Shown one piece after another: positions 1-7,658 of a stretch of 32,000 nt of DNA; the first letter of the stretch is position 1; each line of letters opens with the position of its first letter. Position numbers and translations under genes: made by a program. The DNA comes from Candidatus Saccharimonadota bacterium (GTDB taxonomy: Archaea > Nanobdellota > Nanobdellia > Pacearchaeales > GW2011-AR1): positions 210,001-242,000 of the forward strand of contig JAFCEL010000001.1 in assembly GCA_017609205.1 (NCBI GenBank), given 5' to 3'. The notes under the pieces are model-generated. The model searched no databases and was not told the DNA's origin. It saw only the letters and a list, made by a program, of their open reading frames with translations.

Positions 1-2279
1 TTTCCAGTTAATTTCTTAATCTGCTCTATATCGGATTTTAATTTTTTAACTGCCTGCTCCTGCATATCAAATCTCTCGTCAATCTTTTTCTCATCTGCAA
101 TTGGCCATTTTTCCAGAGTAATGAAACTCTTGTTTCCTAATTTCTCCCATAATTCTTCTGTAATATGTGGACAAAAAGGGTGGAACAATTTCAAACTTTT
201 TTCTAAAACATCTTTAGAAACTTTCTCAGGCAAGGAATTAAACAAATCTCTTATTTTTATAATCGCGAGATTATATCTTAAACATTCTATATCTTTTGTT
301 ACTTCCTTTATTGTTTTATTTAATTTACTCTCTATTCTAGCTTCGACATTTTTAATAATCTCGACTTTATCAAAATAGTTTATAACCTTTCTAATAAATC
401 TTGAACTACCTTCAATTCCCCTATCACTCCATTCTATATCCTTATCAGGAGATGCAATTGACATTAAAAAGAGTCTTGCAGTATCAATCCCATATCTCTC
501 ACTAATCTCCTCTGGTAAAACCACATTTCCCCGTGATTTCGACATAACCGCGCCATCCTCTCCATGAAGCATCCCTTGATTAAATAGTTTTATAAAAGGC
601 TCGCCAAATTTAACAAAACCCATATCTCTCAGGGCCTTTGTGAAAAACCTAGAATATAAAAGATGCAAACATGCATGCTCTGCACCTCCGATATACTGGT
701 CAACAGGCATCCAGTAATTCACTTTCTTTTTATCAAAAGGTTCTTTTTTATTTTTATTATCACAATACCTCATATAATACCACGAGGAATCAAAAAAAGT
801 ATCCATTGTATCTGTTTCTCTTCGGGCTTTTGATCCGCATTTTGGACATTTAGTATTTACAAATTTCTCATTTGTTGCAAGAGGATTTCCTTCTCCGAAT
901 TTAACATTCATAGGCAACAATACAGGCAAATCTTTTTCAGGAACAGGAACGATTCCGCACTTATTACAGTAAACAACTGGAATAGGTGTTCCCCAATATC
1001 TTTGACGAGAGATTAACCAGTCCCTTAATTTGAATTGTATTGTTTCTCTCCCTAACTTGTTTTTCTCTAAGAATTTTGTGATTTTTATTATTGCTTCGCG
1101 ATTGTTCATATTGTTGAATTTATCTGAGTTAATTAAATTACCCTCACCAGTATAAGCGCGCGACATTTTCTTAGCGTCTAATTCATAAGTCTCAGGCTGA
1201 ATTACAACTTTAATATTAATATTATATTTCTTAGCAAATTCAAAATCCCTCTGGTCATGTGCAGGAACCGCCATTACCATTCCAGAGCCATAATCAGCAA
1301 CAACAAAATTTCCAGCCCAAACAGGAACTTTTTCTTTTGTAACTGGATTAACAGCATAACTTCCTGTGAACACCCCCTCTTTATCTAATTCCTCAACTTC
1401 TTTCATTGATTTTTGGGAAACTCTCTTTATTTTCTTAAGAAATCTCTCAACCTCTTTTTTCTGTTCCTTTGTTACAAATTCCATAAGACGCGGATGCTGT
1501 GCAGAGATGACCATAAAAGTCACACCATAAATTGTATCTGGACGAGTTGTGAAAACAGGAAATTTTTTTCCATTCACCTCAAAATCAATTTCAGTCCCAT
1601 GACTTTTTCCAATCCAGTTCTTCTGCATGGTTTTAATTTTGTCAGGCCACTGCAAATTATCAATACAATCCAAAAGCTCATTAGCATATGCAGTTGTCTT
1701 GATAAACCATTGTTCAAGATGCTTAATTTTAACTTCAGTATCTTCATGTCTCCAGCAACATCCACCAAGAACTTGTTCATTTGCTAAAACAGTATTGCAT
1801 TTTGAACACCAATTCACAGGAGATTTCTTTCTATAGACTAATCCCTTTTCTAAAAACTTCAAAAACCAAAATTGATTCCACTTATAATATTCAGAATCAT
1901 GACTCATTAAAATCCTATTCCAATCATAACTTAAACCAAGAGTTTTTTGCTGTTTGATGTATTTCTTAATTGCCTCATCAGTGCTCTTCTTCGGATGCTT
2001 CCCTGCTTTTATAGCAGCATTTTCTGCAGGTAAACCAAAACTATCATAACCCATTGGATAAAGAACATTAAACCCATTCATCCTCTTAAATCTCGCTAAG
2101 ATATCTCCGATGGTATAATTAAACGCATGCCCCATGTGCAATCCAGAGCCTGATGGATAAGGATACATTTCAAGAACATAGAATTTCTTTTTCTTGGAAT
2201 CTTCTTTCGCAGAGAAGGCTTTTTTATCTTCCCATCTCTTCTGCCACTTTTTCTCAATTGCTTTAAAATTCATTTTCAT
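1..2279 (-). CDS. leuS: Leucyl-tRNA synthetase, bacterial-type architecture. The C-terminus is truncated by the window edge.
   Basis: My own reverse-strand translation; the gene is not in the ORF track because the frame stays open to position 1. It starts [20 protein letters not shown]. It carries the HIGH motif [10 protein letters not shown], then [32 protein letters not shown] and [11 protein letters not shown]. The editing domain shows TTRPDT...[13 protein letters not shown], and the KMSKS variant is VMSKSRGN. The frame is stop-free for 759 codons. Confidence 0.93.
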   Translation of the reverse strand, partial: MKMNFKAIEKKWQKRWEDKKAFSAKEDSKKKKFYVLEMYPYPSGSGLHMGHAFNYTIGDILARFKRMNGFNVLYPMGYDSFGLPAENAAIKAGKHPKKSTDEAIKKYIKQQKTLGLSYDWNRILMSHDSEYYKWNQFWFLKFLEKGLVYRKKSPVNWCSKCNTVLANEQVLGGCCWRHEDTEVKIKHLEQWFIKTTAYANELLDCIDNLQWPDKIKTMQKNWIGKSHGTEIDFEVNGKKFPVFTTRPDTIYGVTFMVISAQHPRLMEFVTKEQKKEVERFLKKIKRVSQKSMKEVEELDKEGVFTGSYAVNPVTKEKVPVWAGNFVVADYGSGMVMAVPAHDQRDFEFAKKYNINIKVVIQPETYELDAKKMSRAYTGEGNLINSDKFNNMNNREAIIKITKFLEKNKLGRETIQFKLRDWLISRQRYWGTPIPVVYCNKCGIVPVPEKDLPVLLPMNVKFGEGNPLATNEKFVNTKCPKCGSKARRETDTMDTFFDSSWYYMRYCDNKNKKEPFDKKKVNYWMPVDQYIGGAEHACLHLLYSRFFTKALRDMGFVKFGEPFIKLFNQGMLHGEDGAVMSKSRGNVVLPEEISERYGIDTARLFLMSIASPDKDIEWSDRGIEGSSRFIRKVINYFDKVEIIKNVEARIESKLNKTIKEVTKDIECLRYNLAIIKIRDLFNSLPEKVSKDVLEKSLKLFHPFCPHITEELWEKLGNKSFITLEKWPIADEKKIDERFDMQEQAVKKLKSDIEQIKKLTG

Positions 2280-2303
2280 ATTATTATTTTGAATTGAATA
2301 TAT

Positions 2304-2543
2304 TTAAATTATACGTCCCTCTAATTTAAATAAGTCTAACTCGAAACCCTTCTCTACCAAATCATCAATAACTTTCTTATCGATGTAAAAATTCTCTTCA
2401 TCTAATGTTAGTAAATGATAAACCCTATCAAGAGAAACGGCTCTTATTGAACCAGCTCTTTTAAGATAATAATAACCTCTCCTATCTGAAGGAAATATCC
2501 CAGAAAGATTTTCAAATTTATCAAAATAATCTCGGAGAGCCAT
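2304..2543 (-). CDS. Hypothetical small protein (79 aa)
   Basis: An intact ORF in the same orientation as leuS, ending 24 nt upstream of it. I recognise no family. Confidence 0.45.
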   Translation of the reverse strand: MALRDYFDKFENLSGIFPSDRRGYYYLKRAGSIRAVSLDRVYHLLTLDEENFYIDKKVIDDLVEKGFELDLFKLEGRII

Positions 2544-2654
2544 TTTATTTAGAAAGATTATTAAGGCTCAATAAATCAACAGAGCCCAAACTGATATTAA
2601 ATAAAGAAAAAAGAAATCTTGTATTGCTTTCATTCAGACCTTAAAGAAAGGAAG

Positions 2655-2664
2655 TTTTTAAATA
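2655..2664 (+). promoter_or_regulatory. TATA box (tttttaaata) for leaderless endA
   Basis: The box is preceded by a purine-rich BRE-like gaag. Its centre lies about 26 nt upstream of the ATG at 2685, and no Shine-Dalgarno (SD) sequence is present. Confidence 0.5.
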
Positions 2665-2684
2665 TTCTCTTTCCCTGTTAAATT

Positions 2685-3203
2685 ATGAAAAAAATTCAAG
2701 CATATATCACAGGAGAAATAATTTCAAGCAATTCTACAGAAGCACATTCACTTTATGAAAAATCATGCTTTGGAGAGCCTGTCGGGGATAAAATTCAGTA
2801 TGCACCATCAGAAGCGATGTTTCTCGTAGAAAAAGGAAAGATTGAGATTTTCTCAAGAAATCAAAAATTAACAAAACAAGAATTGATATTAAAATTAAGA
2901 AGAATTGACAAAAGATTTCAGATAAAATACGCCGTCTTTAAAGACTTAAGGGAAAAAGGGTATATTGTAAAGACAGCATTAAAATTCGGTGCAGATTTCA
3001 GAGTTTATGATAAAGGTGCAAGGCCTGGAACAAAACATGCAAGATGGATTGTATTTGCAGAACATGAATCAAAAAGATTAACTTGGCATGAGTTTTCAGC
3101 AAAAAACAGGGTAGCACACTCTACAAGAAAGAATCTCCTTTTGGCAATAGTCGACGATGAAGGAGATATAATTTACTACGAAGTGAGTTGGGTAAAACCA
3201 TAA
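2685..3203 (+). CDS. endA: tRNA-splicing endonuclease, short homotetramer-type EndA
   Basis: 172 aa. The C-terminal catalytic domain reads ALKFGADFRVYDKGARPGTKHARWIVF ... RVAHSTRKNLLLAIVDDEGDIIYYEVSW, matching the conserved Tyr/His/Lys region of archaeal EndA. Confidence 0.88.
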   Translation: MKKIQAYITGEIISSNSTEAHSLYEKSCFGEPVGDKIQYAPSEAMFLVEKGKIEIFSRNQKLTKQELILKLRRIDKRFQIKYAVFKDLREKGYIVKTALKFGADFRVYDKGARPGTKHARWIVFAEHESKRLTWHEFSAKNRVAHSTRKNLLLAIVDDEGDIIYYEVSWVKP

Positions 3204-3206
3204 AAA

Positions 3207-3215
3207 CTTTTATAA
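3207..3215 (+). promoter_or_regulatory. TATA box (cttttataa) for the leaderless gene at 3238
   Basis: aaaaacttttataa, centred about 27 nt upstream of the ATG at 3238. Confidence 0.45.
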
Positions 3216-3237
3216 CTTGTCTGCTTCTTCTTAAACC

Positions 3238-4176
3238 ATGCAAGACCACTCAGAAACAAAAGAGAGAATATTAAGAGTTTTAAGAACTCGTGGACCTTCT
3301 CTGCCTGTGCATATCTCAACACAAATAAATTCAAGTATATTATTCACATCAGCATTCTTATCAGAATTACTATCTGAAAAAAAGATTAAGATCAGTCATC
3401 TTCGCATAGGAAGTTCACCAATTTATTTTCTACCAGGACAAGAACCACAATTAGAGAAATATTCTAGCAATATAAAAGGAAAAGAAAAAGAGGCCTTCCT
3501 ATTACTAAAAGAGAAAAAATTTCTTAAGGACGATGAACAGCACCCTGCAATTCGAGTTGCACTTAGAGCAATAAAAGATTTTGCAATTCCTTTTCAAAAA
3601 GACAGCAAATTATTTTGGAGATATTTTACAATTCCTGAATCAGATTTTAAAGATGTTTCATATAACCTTTATTCTCAAATCGAGAAGAAGAATGAAGCAC
3701 CAATTTTAGCAACAAAAAAATCTGATGAATTAAAAACTAGAAAAACCGATAATGAAGAAAAATTAAACATTATCCAAAAAGAAGAACTCAACATCTTTGA
3801 CGAAAAGAAAAAAGAATCCAAGCCTAAAAAGAAAACTGCTAAAAAAACTACAAGGAAAAAACAATCTCAAAAAACAAATGAAAAATTCTTCGATAAAATT
3901 AAGGAATTCCTCTCCCAAAAAAATATAGAAATTGTCGGAATAGAAGGATTTAATAAAACAGAGATCATCCTCAAAGTCAGAATTAATGATAAAGAGAAAT
4001 TACTTGTAGCTTATAATAAAAAACGCTTAACAGAAAAAGACATAACAAATGCCCATAAAAAAGCCCAAGAAAAAAAATTAAATTATTTAATTCTATCCCT
4101 TGGAGAACCATTAAAAAAACTGACAACATTAATGAATGCTATCAAAGACTTAGACGGAATAGAGAAAATAAATTAA
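3238..4176 (+). CDS. Hypothetical protein with an N-terminal winged-helix-like region, a Lys-rich linker and a C-terminal alpha/beta domain
   Basis: 312 aa. The N-terminus KERILRVLRTRGPSLPVHISTQI...LSELLSEKKIKIS looks like a helix-turn-helix/winged-helix (HTH/wHTH) fold. The central linker is KKKESKPKKKTAKKTTRKKQSQK. I cannot assign a family. Confidence 0.5.
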   Translation: MQDHSETKERILRVLRTRGPSLPVHISTQINSSILFTSAFLSELLSEKKIKISHLRIGSSPIYFLPGQEPQLEKYSSNIKGKEKEAFLLLKEKKFLKDDEQHPAIRVALRAIKDFAIPFQKDSKLFWRYFTIPESDFKDVSYNLYSQIEKKNEAPILATKKSDELKTRKTDNEEKLNIIQKEELNIFDEKKKESKPKKKTAKKTTRKKQSQKTNEKFFDKIKEFLSQKNIEIVGIEGFNKTEIILKVRINDKEKLLVAYNKKRLTEKDITNAHKKAQEKKLNYLILSLGEPLKKLTTLMNAIKDLDGIEKIN

Positions 4177-4236
4177 AAAGAGTTATGGGCTTATTAAAAT
4201 CCAGAAGATTTAAAATGTTTAGAATCTTTATGCAAT

Positions 4237-4425
4237 ATGGGATTAATTGTTAAATCAAATATAAAAAAGATTGTTCGGGAATTGCAGGGGAAAAATGAAG
4301 AAATAACTTCTGTTGCAGAAGAAGTAGGAAGGGCATTAGAAAGAAAAGTAGAGGAGATTTTAAGGGACGCGATAAAACGCGCAAGAGAAAACCACAGACG
4401 GACACTCCATGCTAGAGATTTATGA
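4237..4425 (+). CDS. Small histone-fold-like protein (DUF1931-like)
   Basis: 62 aa. LIVKSNIKKIVRE...ITSVAEEVGRALERKVEEILRDAIKRARENHRRTLHARDL resembles a single histone fold. The RRTLHARDL end can be compared with RKTIKAEDI of archaeal histones. Assignment is from memory only. Confidence 0.5.
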   Translation: MGLIVKSNIKKIVRELQGKNEEITSVAEEVGRALERKVEEILRDAIKRARENHRRTLHARDL

Positions 4426-4480
4426 TATCCCAGATTAAGGGGGATAGCAAATAATAAAAATCCTTTTGATTCTTTATTTT

Positions 4481-4915
4481 ATGGTTTCAAAAAAATCCGC
4501 TAATTCTTCTCGTGGAAAAAAGGCAAGGGCGGCAGGTGCGCGTTTTGAATTAAAAGCAAGAAGTGACCTAGAGAAAAACGGTTGGATTGTCAGCAAATGG
4601 ATGAATAATGTTGATTTAGAGAATAAAAAACTTATTCCTGCAAAGAGAAAATACAATCCTTTTTTAAGGGCACTCTCGATTGGGACAGGCTTTCCAGATT
4701 TTATTGCATTTAAAAAAAACGGAAGAATAGACTATGAAATAATCGGTGTAGAGGTTAAAAAGAACGGGTGGCTTGATAAAGAAGAAAAGGCAAAATGCTC
4801 CTGGTTACTAAAGAATAAAATCTTTTCTAGAATATTAATTGCAAGAGGGAAAAAAGAAGGGAGAAGACTGAATATTAAATACATTGACTTTGAAGAAAAA
4901 CATAATAAAACTTAA
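4481..4915 (+). CDS. PD-(D/E)xK nuclease, Hjc/VRR-NUC-like (putative Holliday junction resolvase)
   Basis: GARFELKARSDLEKNGWIV ... GFPDFIAF ... IGVEVKK fits the E...PD...(E)VK nuclease core. I prefer the ATG at 4481 over the TTG at 4466 given in the ORF track. Confidence 0.55.
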   Translation: MVSKKSANSSRGKKARAAGARFELKARSDLEKNGWIVSKWMNNVDLENKKLIPAKRKYNPFLRALSIGTGFPDFIAFKKNGRIDYEIIGVEVKKNGWLDKEEKAKCSWLLKNKIFSRILIARGKKEGRRLNIKYIDFEEKHNKT

Positions 4916-4938
4916 AACAAATAAAGATTTTATAATTC

Positions 4939-5616
4939 ATGAAGAAGATTGTATATCCTGTCTTTATGATTTTCTTGATTTATTTTATTTCTGCAGAAAT
5001 ACGCATCAACGAGATTGAAATAAATCCTAGTGAAGGAAGAAGTGGAACAGAATGGATTGAATTGTATAGTGATAAAGAAATAGACATTTCTGGTTGGGAA
5101 ATTTATGATGGTCTAACAAGTCAAACAAAAAGATACATCATCCCCGAAGGAACAAAAATAAAGGAGTTTTATATTATTGAATTTGAAAGAGCTGTCCTAA
5201 ATAATGGGGGAGACTTTATTATTTTAAAAAATAAAGAAAGTGTAGTTGATAAAACCCCTGTTCTAAAAGAAAGTGTTTATTCTTCTAAAACATGGCAGTA
5301 TTGCGATGGAGAGTGGGATTTTCTAGAAAAGACAAAGAATAGAAAAAATAATTGTAAAGATGAAACAAATGAAGATGAAAAAATAGTCGAGAAAGCGCTT
5401 ACCTATGAAACAAAAAAGGAGAAGAGTGATTCAATGGAAAAAATAAATACTAAAGAAACAATTAGACTCATTCCAAAAAATATAAAAGATAAGAATTTCT
5501 TAGAAAAAATAGACAAGAGAGATTTTTCCTTGTATGGACTGATAGCATTCAGTATCTTACTCTTGTTTTTGTTTATACTAAAAATACAAGGATCAAAGAA
5601 AGATGAACTCCAATGA
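4939..5616 (+). CDS. Secreted lamin-tail-domain (LTD) protein with a C-terminal TM anchor
   Basis: Signal peptide MKKIVYPVFMIFLIYFISA. The LTD signature is IRINEIEINPSEGRSGTEWIELYSDKEIDISGWEIYDG ... NNGGDFIILKNKESVVD. The C-terminus is DFSLYGLIAFSILLLFLFILK plus a basic tail. Confidence 0.65.
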   Translation: MKKIVYPVFMIFLIYFISAEIRINEIEINPSEGRSGTEWIELYSDKEIDISGWEIYDGLTSQTKRYIIPEGTKIKEFYIIEFERAVLNNGGDFIILKNKESVVDKTPVLKESVYSSKTWQYCDGEWDFLEKTKNRKNNCKDETNEDEKIVEKALTYETKKEKSDSMEKINTKETIRLIPKNIKDKNFLEKIDKRDFSLYGLIAFSILLLFLFILKIQGSKKDELQ

Positions 5617-6070
5617 TAATATCAGGGCAATAGTAATTTTAGAAATCTTAGGAAGACCTCCAGAACATTTAAAAGAAACGCTGGAAAATCTTACAAAGAG
5701 TATAGGGGAAGAAAAAGGGATTTTTATTGTTGAAAAGAAAGTTAGTGAGCCCTCCCCTCTTAAGGAAAAAAATGACTTCTACACCAGTTTTGCAGAAATT
5801 GAAATTGAAATTGAAAATTTATTCAGTCTTGTTTTTTTAATGTTTAAATATATGCCTGCCCATATTGATATTCTCACTCCTGAGAAAATCTCTATGACAA
5901 ATACTGAATGGAATGATATTCTTAACGAACTTACAAGAAGACTTCATGGATATGATGAAGTCGCAAGAGTTCTTATGACAGAAAAAGCAATGATGCAGAA
6001 AAAGATTGAGGAATTAATAGGAAAGGGTAAGAATAATAAAAAAACAAAGAAAAACAAAAAGAATTCTTAA
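5603..6070 (+). CDS. Hypothetical cytoplasmic protein with a C-terminal helix and Lys-rich tail
   Basis: 155 aa. It overlaps the upstream gene by 14 nt, which suggests an operon. No family recognised. Confidence 0.5.
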   Translation: MNSNDNIRAIVILEILGRPPEHLKETLENLTKSIGEEKGIFIVEKKVSEPSPLKEKNDFYTSFAEIEIEIENLFSLVFLMFKYMPAHIDILTPEKISMTNTEWNDILNELTRRLHGYDEVARVLMTEKAMMQKKIEELIGKGKNNKKTKKNKKNS

Positions 6071-6129
6071 TCATACAATCACTCTCAGAAGATTCATTTA
6101 TTAAAAATACAATAGATGATTAATAGATA

Positions 6130-7551
6130 TTATTTCTTTCCAAATTTCTTCTTAAACTCCTGCAAGCGTTTCAAAGCATCTTTTTCGAGTTTTTTGTCAT
6201 CTTCTGATTCCTTTGATACTTGCCTATAAGGGACTTCTCGGGGTGGTTGCAAAGGAACCTCTTTATTTGAGATCCCTGGTCTCTTCTCAAAAGGGAATTT
6301 TGGCTTGCTCTCAATTTTTCTGTATTTTAGAAAAAACCATATTAAGAACCCTATAACAAGGACAATCAAAATCCATCCGAGCCATCCAAAAGAACCTTTC
6401 TCTTGTTTTATGCAAGACCCTTCGCAACAGACTCCATCTTTCGCATAAGTTATCTCAACAGAACATTTCTCTCCCTCAAGGCATGTCCTTCCGCCTAAAT
6501 CACTGCAGGTTTTTATTACTGATTCTTTTATTTCAGATTCAGACAGCTTATAATCCCTAAGATAGATTAAAGTTAATGCAGAATAAGTGTAAAGTCCTGA
6601 ATCTGTTTGCGCCTTCAATTGTCCTTCTATAACCTTTTCTTCTAAACTTTTGGAAAAATACAAGCCGATTTCTGCTTCTTCTCCAACATCAAGAAATTCT
6701 ATATTTTTTATCGGAATTAATAAATAGGGATTTAATTCTTCTGAAAAAGAGATTTGAATATTAGATAAAGGTTCTTGCCCAGTATTCTTAATAGCAACTG
6801 TCTTAACTAATTCTTCCCCTGTAGGTATCTTTATTTGAAGCTCTTTTGAATCAAATTGAAAATTCTGCTCTTTCTTATTTGATACAGGTGTTGCAAGGAC
6901 ATATAGAGGGATTTCGTAATATGTTTGGTTACCTGTGTAGATAATTATTTTTTTAAGAGAATCTTCTTCAATATCCTTAACCTTGAAAGACAATTTTTGT
7001 TTTGCTCCAGAAATAAGCGAGAAAGAATTTTCATCTCCTTCATTGAATTCTCCAAAAGAAGAAGAGTAATATGTTCCTTCATCTCCAGAGACAGTCTCTA
7101 TTTTAAGATTGATTATTATTTTGTTCTCCTGCAAATTCTGCATTTCCACATCAAAATCTCCAGATGTTACTATTACTCCTGGGTCAACCCAGAAATCAGA
7201 TGTCTGATTTGTTATAGTGAAATTTTTTATTATATCCTCCTCAACTACCTGACTTCCCTTCATATATTTAACATCCTCTAACCTAACAGAATAGTTTGCA
7301 GGATTTTCAGGAAGTTGTGCATAAAGATAATATTCTTCACCTATTTTTGTTAAATGAGGCTCAATTGAGACTCTTACATGTCCCCTGTAGAATCTTACAT
7401 TTTCTTTAGTGACAGCATCAACAAAATTTGCAGAGAAAGTGGATATTAAAGTTTCCCCTTGAGAATAAGTTTCTTTCATATTAAATTCAACTGCAGAAAA
7501 TAAAGGGGATAACAAAAATAAGACTGCAAAAAATATTATTGGAATCTTCAT
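6130..7551 (-). CDS. Type I membrane surface protein: signal peptide, Ig/CARDB-like ectodomain, juxtamembrane Cys-rich module, TM and cytoplasmic tail
   Basis: Signal peptide MKIPIIFFAVLFLLSPLFSA. A CARDB-like stretch reads VKTVAIKNTGQEPLSNIQISF. The Cys module is CSDLGGRTCLEGEKCSVEITYAKDGVCCEGSC, the TM is FGWLGWILIVLVIGFLIWFFL, and the tail is 65 aa. Confidence 0.75.
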   Translation of the reverse strand: MKIPIIFFAVLFLLSPLFSAVEFNMKETYSQGETLISTFSANFVDAVTKENVRFYRGHVRVSIEPHLTKIGEEYYLYAQLPENPANYSVRLEDVKYMKGSQVVEEDIIKNFTITNQTSDFWVDPGVIVTSGDFDVEMQNLQENKIIINLKIETVSGDEGTYYSSSFGEFNEGDENSFSLISGAKQKLSFKVKDIEEDSLKKIIIYTGNQTYYEIPLYVLATPVSNKKEQNFQFDSKELQIKIPTGEELVKTVAIKNTGQEPLSNIQISFSEELNPYLLIPIKNIEFLDVGEEAEIGLYFSKSLEEKVIEGQLKAQTDSGLYTYSALTLIYLRDYKLSESEIKESVIKTCSDLGGRTCLEGEKCSVEITYAKDGVCCEGSCIKQEKGSFGWLGWILIVLVIGFLIWFFLKYRKIESKPKFPFEKRPGISNKEVPLQPPREVPYRQVSKESEDDKKLEKDALKRLQEFKKKFGKK

Positions 7552-7658
7552 AAGAAAAACAAAGAAAACTAATTTAAATAATTTATCTAATTATACACAA
7601 ATTTCTTTTGCATCAATATCCTGAGATTAAAAGAATAATATTCCCGGGTCTTTTTAGA

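Noticed and set aside
121-1836. Track ORFs 121-378, 671-853, 1413-1787 and 1627-1836 (+), and 1574-1780 (-)
   Set aside because: All lie inside the long uninterrupted leuS frame on the minus strand, either antisense or out of frame. Their translations are low-complexity and have no recognisable motifs.
4466-4480. TTG start at 4466 for the nuclease gene (MILYF...)
   Set aside because: The ATG at 4481 (MVSKK...) is a canonical start and is better spaced from the upstream AT-rich element. The extra five codons add nothing conserved. The choice remains uncertain.
4474-4656. Track ORF 4474-4656 (-)
   Set aside because: It is antisense to the nuclease gene at 4481-4915, which carries the recognisable PD-(D/E)xK core.
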